From Oceanispirochaeta sp. (GTDB lineage: Bacteria; Spirochaetota; Spirochaetia; DSM-2461): a DNA stretch of 64,000 nucleotides. The first letter of the stretch is position 1. Each line of letters begins with the position of its first letter. Under the pieces are notes generated by a model. The model had not been told where the DNA came from. It saw nothing but the letters and a program-made list of their open reading frames with translations, and did no database searches. Shown here in pieces: positions 55,729-64,000 of this stretch. The stretch is taken from positions 1,632,001 to 1,696,000 of the forward strand of contig CAXXXD010000002.1 in the NCBI GenBank assembly GCA_963663385.2, read 5' to 3'. The position numbers and the translations under genes were made by a program.

Positions 55729-56955
55729 ATGACATATAAAGATTATCTAAGAGAAAAGGCGGGAATCTCTGAAAAATATATTCCATATTATGAACACTGG
55801 ATTACATTGTATCATAAATATATTAAGGAAAACCCGGAGAACTGTCGTTTAACAGCCTTTGAAAAATCATTACTTTCGCAATATAAGGACTGGCAAATCG
55901 ATCAGGCCGTAGAATCAGTAAAGCATTATCAGTTCTATTCAGGCATTAAAAAACAAGAGTCATCAGCAAATTGTCCGGATTCAGATTCTGAATGGAACCG
56001 GTTAATAGAAACAATGAAACAAATGCTGCGACTGAAACACCGTTCCTATCAGACGGAAAAAAGTTATTTAAAATGGATTCAATCATTTCATATATATATA
56101 AAGGGGAAAAATACAGCTCAACTGGATTCTAGGGATATGAAAAACTTTCTTACTTATCTGGCCGTGGAGAAAAAAGTTTCCCTGTCTACCCAAAATCAGG
56201 CATTCAATTCTCTGCTGTTTCTGTACCGTTCTGTGTTGGAGATTCCCGTAGAGGACCTGGGAAATACAATCAGGTCAAAGCTCCCATCCCGGCTGCCTGT
56301 CGTATTAAACAAGGATGAAATCAGAAGCATTTTATCCCTCATGCCGCCGGGTTATCGCCTAATGGCATCCATAATCTATGGCGGTGGATTGAGACTGGAT
56401 GAATGCCTTTCTCTGCGTATAAAAGATCTGGATCTGGATGTACCCTCCGTTACGGTCAGGGAAGGAAAGGGAAAAAAGGATCGAATAACGCTCCTTCCAA
56501 CTGCTCTGGTTCCTCTATTAAAAGATCATATCCTGTCTGTAAAAATAATATATGAATCAGGCGTAAAAAAGGATCTGCCCGGCGTGTCAATTCCGGAATC
56601 CCTGAACAGAAAATACCCCAATGCTTTCAAAGAGTGGGGGTGGTTCTGGTTATTCCCTTCAAAAAACATAACGGTAAACCCTTATACCGGCCAGTTAAAC
56701 CGCTTTCATCTGCATCCTTCAGGATTGCAGAGGGCCTTTAAAGAAGCTGTCAGACAGACCGGGATTACAAAGAGGGCATCCGTACACACCCTGCGTCACA
56801 GCTTTGCCACCCATCTGCTGGAGGCAGGGTACGACATCAGAACCATACAGGAACTTATGGGACACAGCTCCCTGCAGACAACCATGATCTATACCCACGT
56901 GGCCGGTAAAAACCGGCTCGGCGTTATCAGTCCGGGGGAATCTCTTTTTACGTAA
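55729..56955 (+). CDS. intI: Integron integrase (tyrosine recombinase)
   Basis: SYQTEKSY, STQNQAFNSLLFLY, YGGGLR, IntI-specific insertion (SLNRKYPNAFKEWGWFWLFPS), HTLRHSFATHLL, LMGH, TMIYTHV; AGGAG RBS. Confidence 0.96.
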   Translation: MTYKDYLREKAGISEKYIPYYEHWITLYHKYIKENPENCRLTAFEKSLLSQYKDWQIDQAVESVKHYQFYSGIKKQESSANCPDSDSEWNRLIETMKQMLRLKHRSYQTEKSYLKWIQSFHIYIKGKNTAQLDSRDMKNFLTYLAVEKKVSLSTQNQAFNSLLFLYRSVLEIPVEDLGNTIRSKLPSRLPVVLNKDEIRSILSLMPPGYRLMASIIYGGGLRLDECLSLRIKDLDLDVPSVTVREGKGKKDRITLLPTALVPLLKDHILSVKIIYESGVKKDLPGVSIPESLNRKYPNAFKEWGWFWLFPSKNITVNPYTGQLNRFHLHPSGLQRAFKEAVRQTGITKRASVHTLRHSFATHLLEAGYDIRTIQELMGHSSLQTTMIYTHVAGKNRLGVISPGESLFT

Positions 56956-57679
56956 GGGAATCCGTATTGTAGATAACGGGAGTCTGTCCCTTCCATTCAC
57001 TCCAGACCTCACCGTTATCAATCAGTTCCGCCATAAAGTGGGCCACATTTATCCGGCTGGTTTTGCCGGGATTGAATATGACGCTCCGTACAGGGGAGGG
57101 GTACAGTTTATAGGGCGTTACGGCCTTGTTATCGATCAGGCTGTCCGGACGGACCGCCGCCCACTCGATAGAGCTGTGATTGCTTCCGATTTTCAGACGA
57201 AGGTGATCGGCCGCCTCTTCGCTGTCCGAATAGGGTGGCACCAGCGCGCGGATCAGTCCGGTTACGATTGTCTCTCCTGTGGAGATCTTCTCACTCAGAC
57301 CGGGATTCCTGTACCCGGAGGTACTCATAAAAACAAATTTTACCGGTTTTTCCTTACTGTTTTCTTCCAGGGCCCCGCACAGCAGGCGAACAGTATCCCT
57401 TACAAGTTTTCTGGGCTTCCCGAAAACCCCCTTGAAGGTAATATTGTGGCCCAGGCAGGACGCAACCGCATCACATCCTTTAAGGTGGCTCCGCATTTCC
57501 TCCTGTGATATATCCAGTACGGATGCCTTGATGATTTCCAGGTTCCGGTTACCCGGAACCGCTTCCGGGAAGCTGTCCGTATGGCGTACAACGGCCCTTA
57601 CCCGGTGACCGCGATTCAGCAGCTCCTCCGTAAGAAGCCGGCCGGTTGCTCCAGTCGCTCCAACAATTAAAACAGTCAT
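56948..57679 (-). CDS. NAD(P)-binding oxidoreductase (flavin reductase / atypical SDR)
   Basis: VLIVGATGATGR Rossmann motif, WAAVRP, SRINVAHFM. Confidence 0.85.
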   Translation of the reverse strand: MTVLIVGATGATGRLLTEELLNRGHRVRAVVRHTDSFPEAVPGNRNLEIIKASVLDISQEEMRSHLKGCDAVASCLGHNITFKGVFGKPRKLVRDTVRLLCGALEENSKEKPVKFVFMSTSGYRNPGLSEKISTGETIVTGLIRALVPPYSDSEEAADHLRLKIGSNHSSIEWAAVRPDSLIDNKAVTPYKLYPSPVRSVIFNPGKTSRINVAHFMAELIDNGEVWSEWKGQTPVIYNTDSLT

Positions 57680-57774
57680 GGAAACCTCCTGATTTTAAAT
57701 AATAGTATAGCTGTAAAGAATAAGCACTAATAACTTTTCACAAAAAGAAAACAGTATCAGCGAGGTCAGGTTAT

Positions 57775-57800
57775 ACCCCTCCCAAGGAGGGGAAAGGGGA
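57775..57800. repeat. Dispersed palindromic intergenic repeat (second copy 60221-60246; related hairpin 60341-60380)
   Basis: ACCCCTCC(CA/TG)AGGAGGGGAAAGGGGA is present on both sides of the YyaL gene; CCCCTCTCCCTCTGGGAGAGGGG hairpin nearby. Confidence 0.65.
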
Positions 57801-57996
57801 GATCCAGAGGGCGGATAACAGAGGCGGCCGCCGAAGCCCGAAAGAGCCCGGCCCGGAGGGATTTGCCATAAAAAATATATATGCTAGTAAAACAGTAATG
57901 AATATATTAACTTATTTATAGGGGAACAGGGAAGCGGGCATTATTTATACTGCTCTGCCCTTTTGTCAGGACCTTCTGTTTTCCCGGGGAGAGAGA

Positions 57997-59991
57997 ATGC
58001 CGAAAGCCAATAGACTGATTAATGAATCCAGCCCCTATCTGCAGCAGCATGCGCACAACCCTGTTGACTGGTACCCCTGGGGGGAGGATGCCTTCCTGAA
58101 AGCCCGGAAAGAGGATAAACCTGTTATTATCAGCGTCGGATACTCGTCCTGTCACTGGTGTCATGTTATGGAAGAGGAGTCGTTTGAAGATATAGATGCG
58201 GCAAGACTGATGAACGAGAGCTTTGTCTGTATTAAGGTAGACCGGGAGGAAAGACCCGATATTGATACCAGCTACATGAATGCCCTGCAGCTGATAACAG
58301 GGCAGGGGGGCTGGCCTATGAATATGTTTGCTCTGCCCGATGGGAGACCTTTTTACGGGGGGACCTATTTTCCTAAAAGTAACTGGATCCGCATATTGAA
58401 GGCTGTTTCTGAGCAGTATTCCTCCAACAGGGAGAACATCCTGAACGCTGCAGAAAGTATCGATACCGGAGTGGACCGCTATAGACTGAGTGTCCTGGAA
58501 CCGGCAGATGTCAAAGATTACGGGATTAAGGATCTTAAAAAAGCCGTATCAAAGGTTATGCCCCAGCTGGACAGACGGAAAGGGGGTATCAGCGGAGTTC
58601 CGAAATTCCCTATGCCTGTGTTCAACCGGTTTCTGCTGGCCTGGTCTTATCTGCAGAATGATGAGGATATTCTGAATTATGCCCTTATGACCCTGGACAG
58701 CATGGCTGCCGGAGGGATATATGACCAGATAGGGGGCGGATTTGCCAGATACTCTACAGACGGGGACTGGAGAGTCCCTCATTTTGAAAAGATGCTCTAC
58801 GACAACGCCCAGCTGGTCTCTCTCTTTTCGGATGCCTATAAAGTATCGGGGAAGGAGCGTTATAAAGATGTCGTAATACATACGCTGGAATTTATAAAAC
58901 GGGAGATGGCCTCTCCCGAGGGAGTTTTTTATTCTGCTCTTGATGCCGACAGCGAGGGCCGGGAAGGTCTGTATTATATCTGGAAGGAAGAGGAGCTGAA
59001 GCTTCTTCTGAAAGAGGACTATGATTTAGCCGCGGATGTTTTCCGGATCGGGAAGGAAGGGCTCTGGGAGGACGGGTACAATATTCTTCTCATGCCGGAA
59101 CCGGAGCGTTTAAGTTCTTCACAGAAGGCGCGTCTGGAAAACATCAGGCGGATTCTGATGGCAAATCGAATTAAAAGGACTCCCCCGGGGCTGGACGATA
59201 AATCTCTAACATCCTGGAACGGCATGATGATTAAAGCCTATGCGGACGCCTATAAAGCTTTTGCGGATCCCTCCTGGCTGAAGAGCGCTGTTACCGCGGC
59301 CGATTTTATACTGGATCATTTTATACGTTCCGACGGGGGCCTGTTTCACGCCTATAAGGACGGTAAGGCCTATATAGGCGGTTTCCTGGAGGATTATGCC
59401 CACCTGGCAGACGGGCTTATCTCCCTGTATGAAGCAGGAGGCAATCCGGAGTATCTGAACAAAGCCGCCGGGCTGATGGAAATAGCCATTGAGGATTTTT
59501 ACAGTGAGGATCACAGGATTCTCTACTCAACCGTAGAAGGGGATAGTCTCCTGAACCGCGATATGGAGATTATTGATACAACCTGGCCTTCGGCCAACGG
59601 GGTCAGCGCACACAACCTGTTCAGGCTGGCCAGGCTTACGGGTTCTTCTCTATATGCGCAGATGGCGGAGGATATAACGGACAGAATGAGCCGCCGGGTA
59701 CTGGATAATCCCCTCTATTTATCTCACTGGGCGGAACTGATGCTGTATATAAAGGGCGATTTTTTTGAGCTTGTTACGGCAGGTCCCGATGCGGAAGAGA
59801 TTCACCGGCAGCTGACTAGGGAGTATCTGCCCCATACGGTGCTGGCTTTCAGCACTGTTCCCCGGGAATCGGACATGCTGTTCCGGGGGCGTTGCAGGAA
59901 TGACAGAACACAGATTTTTGTGTGCCGGGATAACAGCTGCGGACTCCCCTTTGAAAAGCCCGAAGAAGCCCTGAAACAGATATTCCCCTAA
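57997..59991 (+). CDS. Thioredoxin domain-containing protein, YyaL/SSP411 (DUF255) family
   Basis: [56 protein letters not shown]. Confidence 0.95.
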   Translation: MPKANRLINESSPYLQQHAHNPVDWYPWGEDAFLKARKEDKPVIISVGYSSCHWCHVMEEESFEDIDAARLMNESFVCIKVDREERPDIDTSYMNALQLITGQGGWPMNMFALPDGRPFYGGTYFPKSNWIRILKAVSEQYSSNRENILNAAESIDTGVDRYRLSVLEPADVKDYGIKDLKKAVSKVMPQLDRRKGGISGVPKFPMPVFNRFLLAWSYLQNDEDILNYALMTLDSMAAGGIYDQIGGGFARYSTDGDWRVPHFEKMLYDNAQLVSLFSDAYKVSGKERYKDVVIHTLEFIKREMASPEGVFYSALDADSEGREGLYYIWKEEELKLLLKEDYDLAADVFRIGKEGLWEDGYNILLMPEPERLSSSQKARLENIRRILMANRIKRTPPGLDDKSLTSWNGMMIKAYADAYKAFADPSWLKSAVTAADFILDHFIRSDGGLFHAYKDGKAYIGGFLEDYAHLADGLISLYEAGGNPEYLNKAAGLMEIAIEDFYSEDHRILYSTVEGDSLLNRDMEIIDTTWPSANGVSAHNLFRLARLTGSSLYAQMAEDITDRMSRRVLDNPLYLSHWAELMLYIKGDFFELVTAGPDAEEIHRQLTREYLPHTVLAFSTVPRESDMLFRGRCRNDRTQIFVCRDNSCGLPFEKPEEALKQIFP

Positions 59992-60381
59992 TCCGGCAAA
60001 AACCAGGACAGTTTAACCCTCCGAATCCCCTGGTCACAACCAACGGTTGCTGCTCTGGTAGTACACTTCGTTTACTGCTCGAGTATGTATCCGACTCCGG
60101 TATGCAGCCGGCCTCTCAGTCTCCCGGTCCCGTTTAATCTCACCGGAGAGGAGACGTCAATTTGGTTTCCCGCCTTTGGAGGGATTAAGAGAGGTCCGGG
60201 AGATGCGATTGGAAGGTTGCACCCCTCCTGAGGAGGGGAAAGGGGAGGTCCAAAAAAATCCCCCGCCCGGGATCCCCGAGCGTAGTCGAGGTGGGCGGAG
60301 GGATAAAGGCTGCCCCCTGTCGCAAAAAACAGGACAATTCTCCCCTCTCCCTCTGGGAGAGGGGCTGGGGGAGAGGGAGGC

Positions 60382-62040
60382 TTAAGCCTTCTCGTATTTC
60401 AGAGTTTCAGTGGGCTGGTTGCACACTTCGTCCGGACCGTAGTACTGAATCGCACCGGGAAAGGTGAAGGCTGTTTCAACGGCCCATTTGTCTCTGTTTT
60501 CCGCCAGGACTTTGAAAGGAGCGCCGTCCAGTTCAACCAGGGCTTTTTTGATAACCGGTTTTTTGGATCCGTGTCTCTGCTCCATATTCATCATCATGGT
60601 AAGAGGACATCCTCCGGGTACCCACTGATCGGCGGGTTTCTGCAGGTCAGCAACATTGGAGATGTAACCGGTCAGACCGTGAGACATCAGGATGAACGCG
60701 GAGTAACCCAGGGAGTAGCAGTAGTCAGAGTCGAAGTTGGAGGGGAAAGCACAACGGCCTTCGTATCCGAAGAAGTGAGCCAGTGCGTTGAATTTCCCGC
60801 TGAAATTACCTTCAACCTTCATCTGGTTCAGTTTTTCTCCCACCATCTCGATCAGGAGTTTTTCGGTTTCGATTCTGGAAACCTGTACGTTTCCATGGGG
60901 GTCTCTGTCCATAAGGAGCTGCATCTGAATGGCTCTGGGGAGAGAAGAGAAGACATAGGAAGCATCCTTGTCCAGCTTCTGGTTCAGCCATTCCTGCTGA
61001 TCTTCGAAAGTTTTAAGGGTTCCGAAGTAATCCGCATGATGGGCCATCAGGTCGTTCAGCTGGGCGATCAGGGCTCCCACTTCGGGGATAAACTCGATCA
61101 GACCTTCGGGGATAAGGGCAACACCGAAGTTGCATCCCTTTTCCGCTCTTTTAACAACCACATCGATAACCTGGTCTACAACCTGTGCCAGGGTCATCTT
61201 TTGGGCTTCCACTTCCTCTGAAATAATACAGAGGTTGGGCTGGGTCTGAAGGGCGCATTCCAGAGCGATATGAGAAGCGCTCCGTCCCATCAGTTTAATA
61301 AAGTGCCAGTATTTTTTGGCGGAGTTTGAGTCTTTTTCGATGTTTCCGATCAGCTCGGAGTAGGTTTTGGTTGCCGTGTCGAAACCGAAGGAGGTTTCGA
61401 TATACTCGTTTTTCAGGTCGCCGTCGATGGTTTTGGGACAGCCCACAACGGTAATGCCGGCCTCTTTCTGGGCAAAGTACTCGGCCAGAACCGCACCGTT
61501 GGTATTGGAGTCGTCTCCGCCGATGATAACAACGCCTGTAATGTCATGTTTGCGGCAGGTTGCCAGAGACATTTCAAACTGTTCTTCCGTTTCCAGTTTG
61601 TCACGGCCGGATCCGATAATATCGAATCCTCCGGTGTTCCTGTAGGCGTCCATCAGGGCATCGTCAATTTCAACAAGCTTGCCGTTCATGATACCGGCGG
61701 GGCCGCCGAGGAATCCGTAGAGTTTGGATTCGGGGTTGGAGTTTTTCAGTCCGTCGTACAGACCGGCGATGACATTGTGTCCGCCGGGAGCCTGTCCGCC
61801 CGAAAGGATAACGCCCAGGTTGACCTTCTTGCCGGCATTGGCGTTGGCGCCTTTTACAAAGCGGGCGATGGGGTTGCCGTAGGTTTTGGCAAACAGAGCT
61901 TTTACGTCAGCCTGATCGGCTACGGATTCTGTGGGTTCTCCCAGTTCGCAGGTGATATTCCTGATATCGCCCTGGAGTACCGCCGGCAGTTTGGGCTGGT
62001 AGGCGTATCGGGCTTTCTGCAGAGGTGATAATTCACTCAT
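60382..62040 (-). CDS. pfp: Pyrophosphate-dependent phosphofructokinase (long clade)
   Basis: [36 protein letters not shown]. Confidence 0.95.
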   Translation of the reverse strand: MSELSPLQKARYAYQPKLPAVLQGDIRNITCELGEPTESVADQADVKALFAKTYGNPIARFVKGANANAGKKVNLGVILSGGQAPGGHNVIAGLYDGLKNSNPESKLYGFLGGPAGIMNGKLVEIDDALMDAYRNTGGFDIIGSGRDKLETEEQFEMSLATCRKHDITGVVIIGGDDSNTNGAVLAEYFAQKEAGITVVGCPKTIDGDLKNEYIETSFGFDTATKTYSELIGNIEKDSNSAKKYWHFIKLMGRSASHIALECALQTQPNLCIISEEVEAQKMTLAQVVDQVIDVVVKRAEKGCNFGVALIPEGLIEFIPEVGALIAQLNDLMAHHADYFGTLKTFEDQQEWLNQKLDKDASYVFSSLPRAIQMQLLMDRDPHGNVQVSRIETEKLLIEMVGEKLNQMKVEGNFSGKFNALAHFFGYEGRCAFPSNFDSDYCYSLGYSAFILMSHGLTGYISNVADLQKPADQWVPGGCPLTMMMNMEQRHGSKKPVIKKALVELDGAPFKVLAENRDKWAVETAFTFPGAIQYYGPDEVCNQPTETLKYEKA

Positions 62041-62257
62041 GGTATAAAACTCCTCGTGGTTTTCATCCCTAGCGGGACGCTGATTAATAGATTTTCAGGG
62101 GTATTTCAAACAGATCAATCCGTATCGGTCTGCACCCCGGTATTACTGATATTATCTATGTTTATAAAGAGAAAGGGGCATAAGGTCAAGGGAAGGAGGG
62201 GGATAAGAAAGCCGGGAAATCCTATTGTCGGACAATTGGACTTCCCGGCGGGGTTTG

Positions 62258-63250
62258 TCATTCGGGAAAATACGCCCTTACGTAAAGGGCGGGACCGGCA
62301 ATTTCCAGGATTTCTATTTTGTTTTTCATCAGCCTGAGTCCGGTAATATAGAGGTAGTCCTCATTTCCGTTGGAGATACCCCATGTCCGGGCCGAAAAGG
62401 GTGTCTCTCCGAAGTTTAGATCGGATCCGCTCCCCACCGTCACATAACCTCTGCCCGACAGGTCGGAAAAAAGGGCCTCCTCCCAGAACCCGACGCTCTT
62501 TTTAGGGTAGTTATCCGTTTTCCGTACCCTGAGTTTCACCCCCTCGGGCGAAATGGCCAGGAATTCCGGGCTGTCGTCGATCAGGGCGAACCCTTCGGGC
62601 AGTTCCATCCTTGGGCCTCCGAACCCCGATCGGCCGGAAAGCCGACCGTTATACAGGAAGTCGAAAAAGTCTACCGAATTGATCCAGTCGAATCGGGACG
62701 GGCGGGAATCGGGAATCGTCTGGTTCTGAAAAGTGAGCCTGACCGTAACCAGAGCATAGCTGCGGTCATTCTCCATTTTCCGTATGATTCCCCGGTACAT
62801 ATCGATTTCGTTCATCAGACGCCGGATCTCCTTCTCCAGGGTAAGTGTCCCTTCCACATCGGAGCTGTCTATGTAGGAGATATTCTTGGCCAGGATCTCC
62901 TCCCGGGCTTCCAGGGCGGAGCGGCTGGCAAGGAGCTGCTCCCGCAGATCATGGGTATTCTGGCTGTATTCCACCAGCTCCTCGCTGATCTCATCCAGAT
63001 AAACCCTGAGACTGTCAACCGCTTTATCGGGAAGGCGGAGGCTGATCTGTTCCTGAGTCTTGTAGATAAAATACCCGTTCTGTTCTTCCGCCCAGTCCGT
63101 AAGGGCGTCCGCAGCCTGCTGCCTGTCTTTTACCAGCAGGCGGGCATCTACCTCATAGTAGAGGGTATCCTCCCTGTCCTGAGCGTACAGAGCTGCTGTA
63201 AGCAGAAGGCCGAATGATATCAGAAGAGTTAATACTTTTTTCCGGTTCAT
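62258..63250 (-). CDS. Exported DUF4349-like protein
   Basis: Signal peptide; SLRLP...coiled coil...LEKEIRRL...YALVTVRL pattern. Confidence 0.6.
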   Translation of the reverse strand: MNRKKVLTLLISFGLLLTAALYAQDREDTLYYEVDARLLVKDRQQAADALTDWAEEQNGYFIYKTQEQISLRLPDKAVDSLRVYLDEISEELVEYSQNTHDLREQLLASRSALEAREEILAKNISYIDSSDVEGTLTLEKEIRRLMNEIDMYRGIIRKMENDRSYALVTVRLTFQNQTIPDSRPSRFDWINSVDFFDFLYNGRLSGRSGFGGPRMELPEGFALIDDSPEFLAISPEGVKLRVRKTDNYPKKSVGFWEEALFSDLSGRGYVTVGSGSDLNFGETPFSARTWGISNGNEDYLYITGLRLMKNKIEILEIAGPALYVRAYFPE

Positions 63251-63978
63251 CTTATCTCTCCTTCTTCCAGGGCTTTATAGAGGGGAGAAAAATCCGTATC
63301 TGCATCGGATGAGAAGATTTCCACCACATGGATTTTCCTGTTCTCCACAATCAGGCCGACAAAGTAACGGAAGGGCTCCCTGTCCTTGCTGACAAACTCA
63401 ACGCCGGGCATCTCTTTGCTGCCGAAAACAAGGTCCTTCGGGGCGGCGGAGGCATAATAGTCCCCCAGATGGTGCAGGAGGGCTTTCCGCCAGAAAGCGC
63501 TGTCCCCTTCGGGGCTGTTTTCAACGGAACTGACGGTAATATTCGTTCCATAAGCGTTTTCCGCTATATAAACATCCTCCTTGCTGAACTCGGCGTATTC
63601 GTCTCCCGGATTCAGTTTTACGGAAGTCTCCAGTCTGGAGGAGACCGGGGAAAGGGGCGAGAGGGAGGCAATCCAGGGAAAGGGGATCTCCTGCCGGTAG
63701 GCATCCTCCTGAAGGCGGGGGATCAGCTCCACATTGATCCTTGAAAAGGCGATCCGGCTGTCCAGTATCTGCAGCTGCTGTCTGATGGATTCTATCTCTT
63801 CGGTCAGGCGGCCTATCTCCCGGAGAATCCGGGCCCTCTCCTTCGGGTCCGTGCTCCTTTCCAGCAGAACATAGAGGCGTTTGCGCGTCTCCTCGGCTGT
63901 TTTCAGTCTTGCCTGGGTATCCTGGTACCGGTCGGTTACATCCCAGGTGTCTATCTGCTGATACCTGATTTTTCCCAT
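63247..63978 (-). CDS. DUF4349-like protein (probably extends beyond the window edge)
   Basis: DVTDRYQDTQARLK, REIGRLTEEIESI, RIAFSRINVEL. Confidence 0.65.
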   Translation of the reverse strand: MGKIRYQQIDTWDVTDRYQDTQARLKTAEETRKRLYVLLERSTDPKERARILREIGRLTEEIESIRQQLQILDSRIAFSRINVELIPRLQEDAYRQEIPFPWIASLSPLSPVSSRLETSVKLNPGDEYAEFSKEDVYIAENAYGTNITVSSVENSPEGDSAFWRKALLHHLGDYYASAAPKDLVFGSKEMPGVEFVSKDREPFRYFVGLIVENRKIHVVEIFSSDADTDFSPLYKALEEGEIR

Positions 63979-64000
63979 GCCGAGAACCTCTTTAAACAGG

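Overview
The window looks like a spirochaete-type chromosome (inferred from the long-clade PPi-phosphofructokinase and the style of the solute-binding proteins) and has three parts. (1) About 1-18.7 kb holds two divergent carbohydrate loci. One has two sulfatases, an ABC transporter and an M20 peptidase; the other has a LacI/EbgR-like regulator, a GH2 beta-galactosidase, an ABC transporter, a MATE and a DMT transporter. (2) About 18.9-57 kb is a chromosomal integron: an integron integrase (55729-56955, +) with a divergent, ~35 kb, AT-rich cassette array on the minus strand. Every recognisable attC site is interrupted at the same G/TT position of its R'' box by a 1,989-bp group II intron (IIC-attC-like) on the + strand. 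There are 4 intact copies, 2 copies disrupted by IS66 and 3 degenerate 3' remnants. One intact copy sits inside IS66 tnpB rather than in an attC. Nested insertions occur (intron>IS66>intron and intron>IS66>IS21), with exact target duplications. The cassettes look mostly defence-like: a three-gene SMC-ATPase/nuclease module (with a frameshift), an Abi-alpha + DUF2441 pair, a PIN nuclease fused to a sigma70 region-4 mimic, a DUF3800 + type III R-M system, a type II TA pair and a GNAT. (3) About 57-64 kb is housekeeping: NAD(P)-binding protein, YyaL/DUF255, PPi-PFK and two DUF4349-like proteins. Family assignments come from motif recognition by eye, not database searches.
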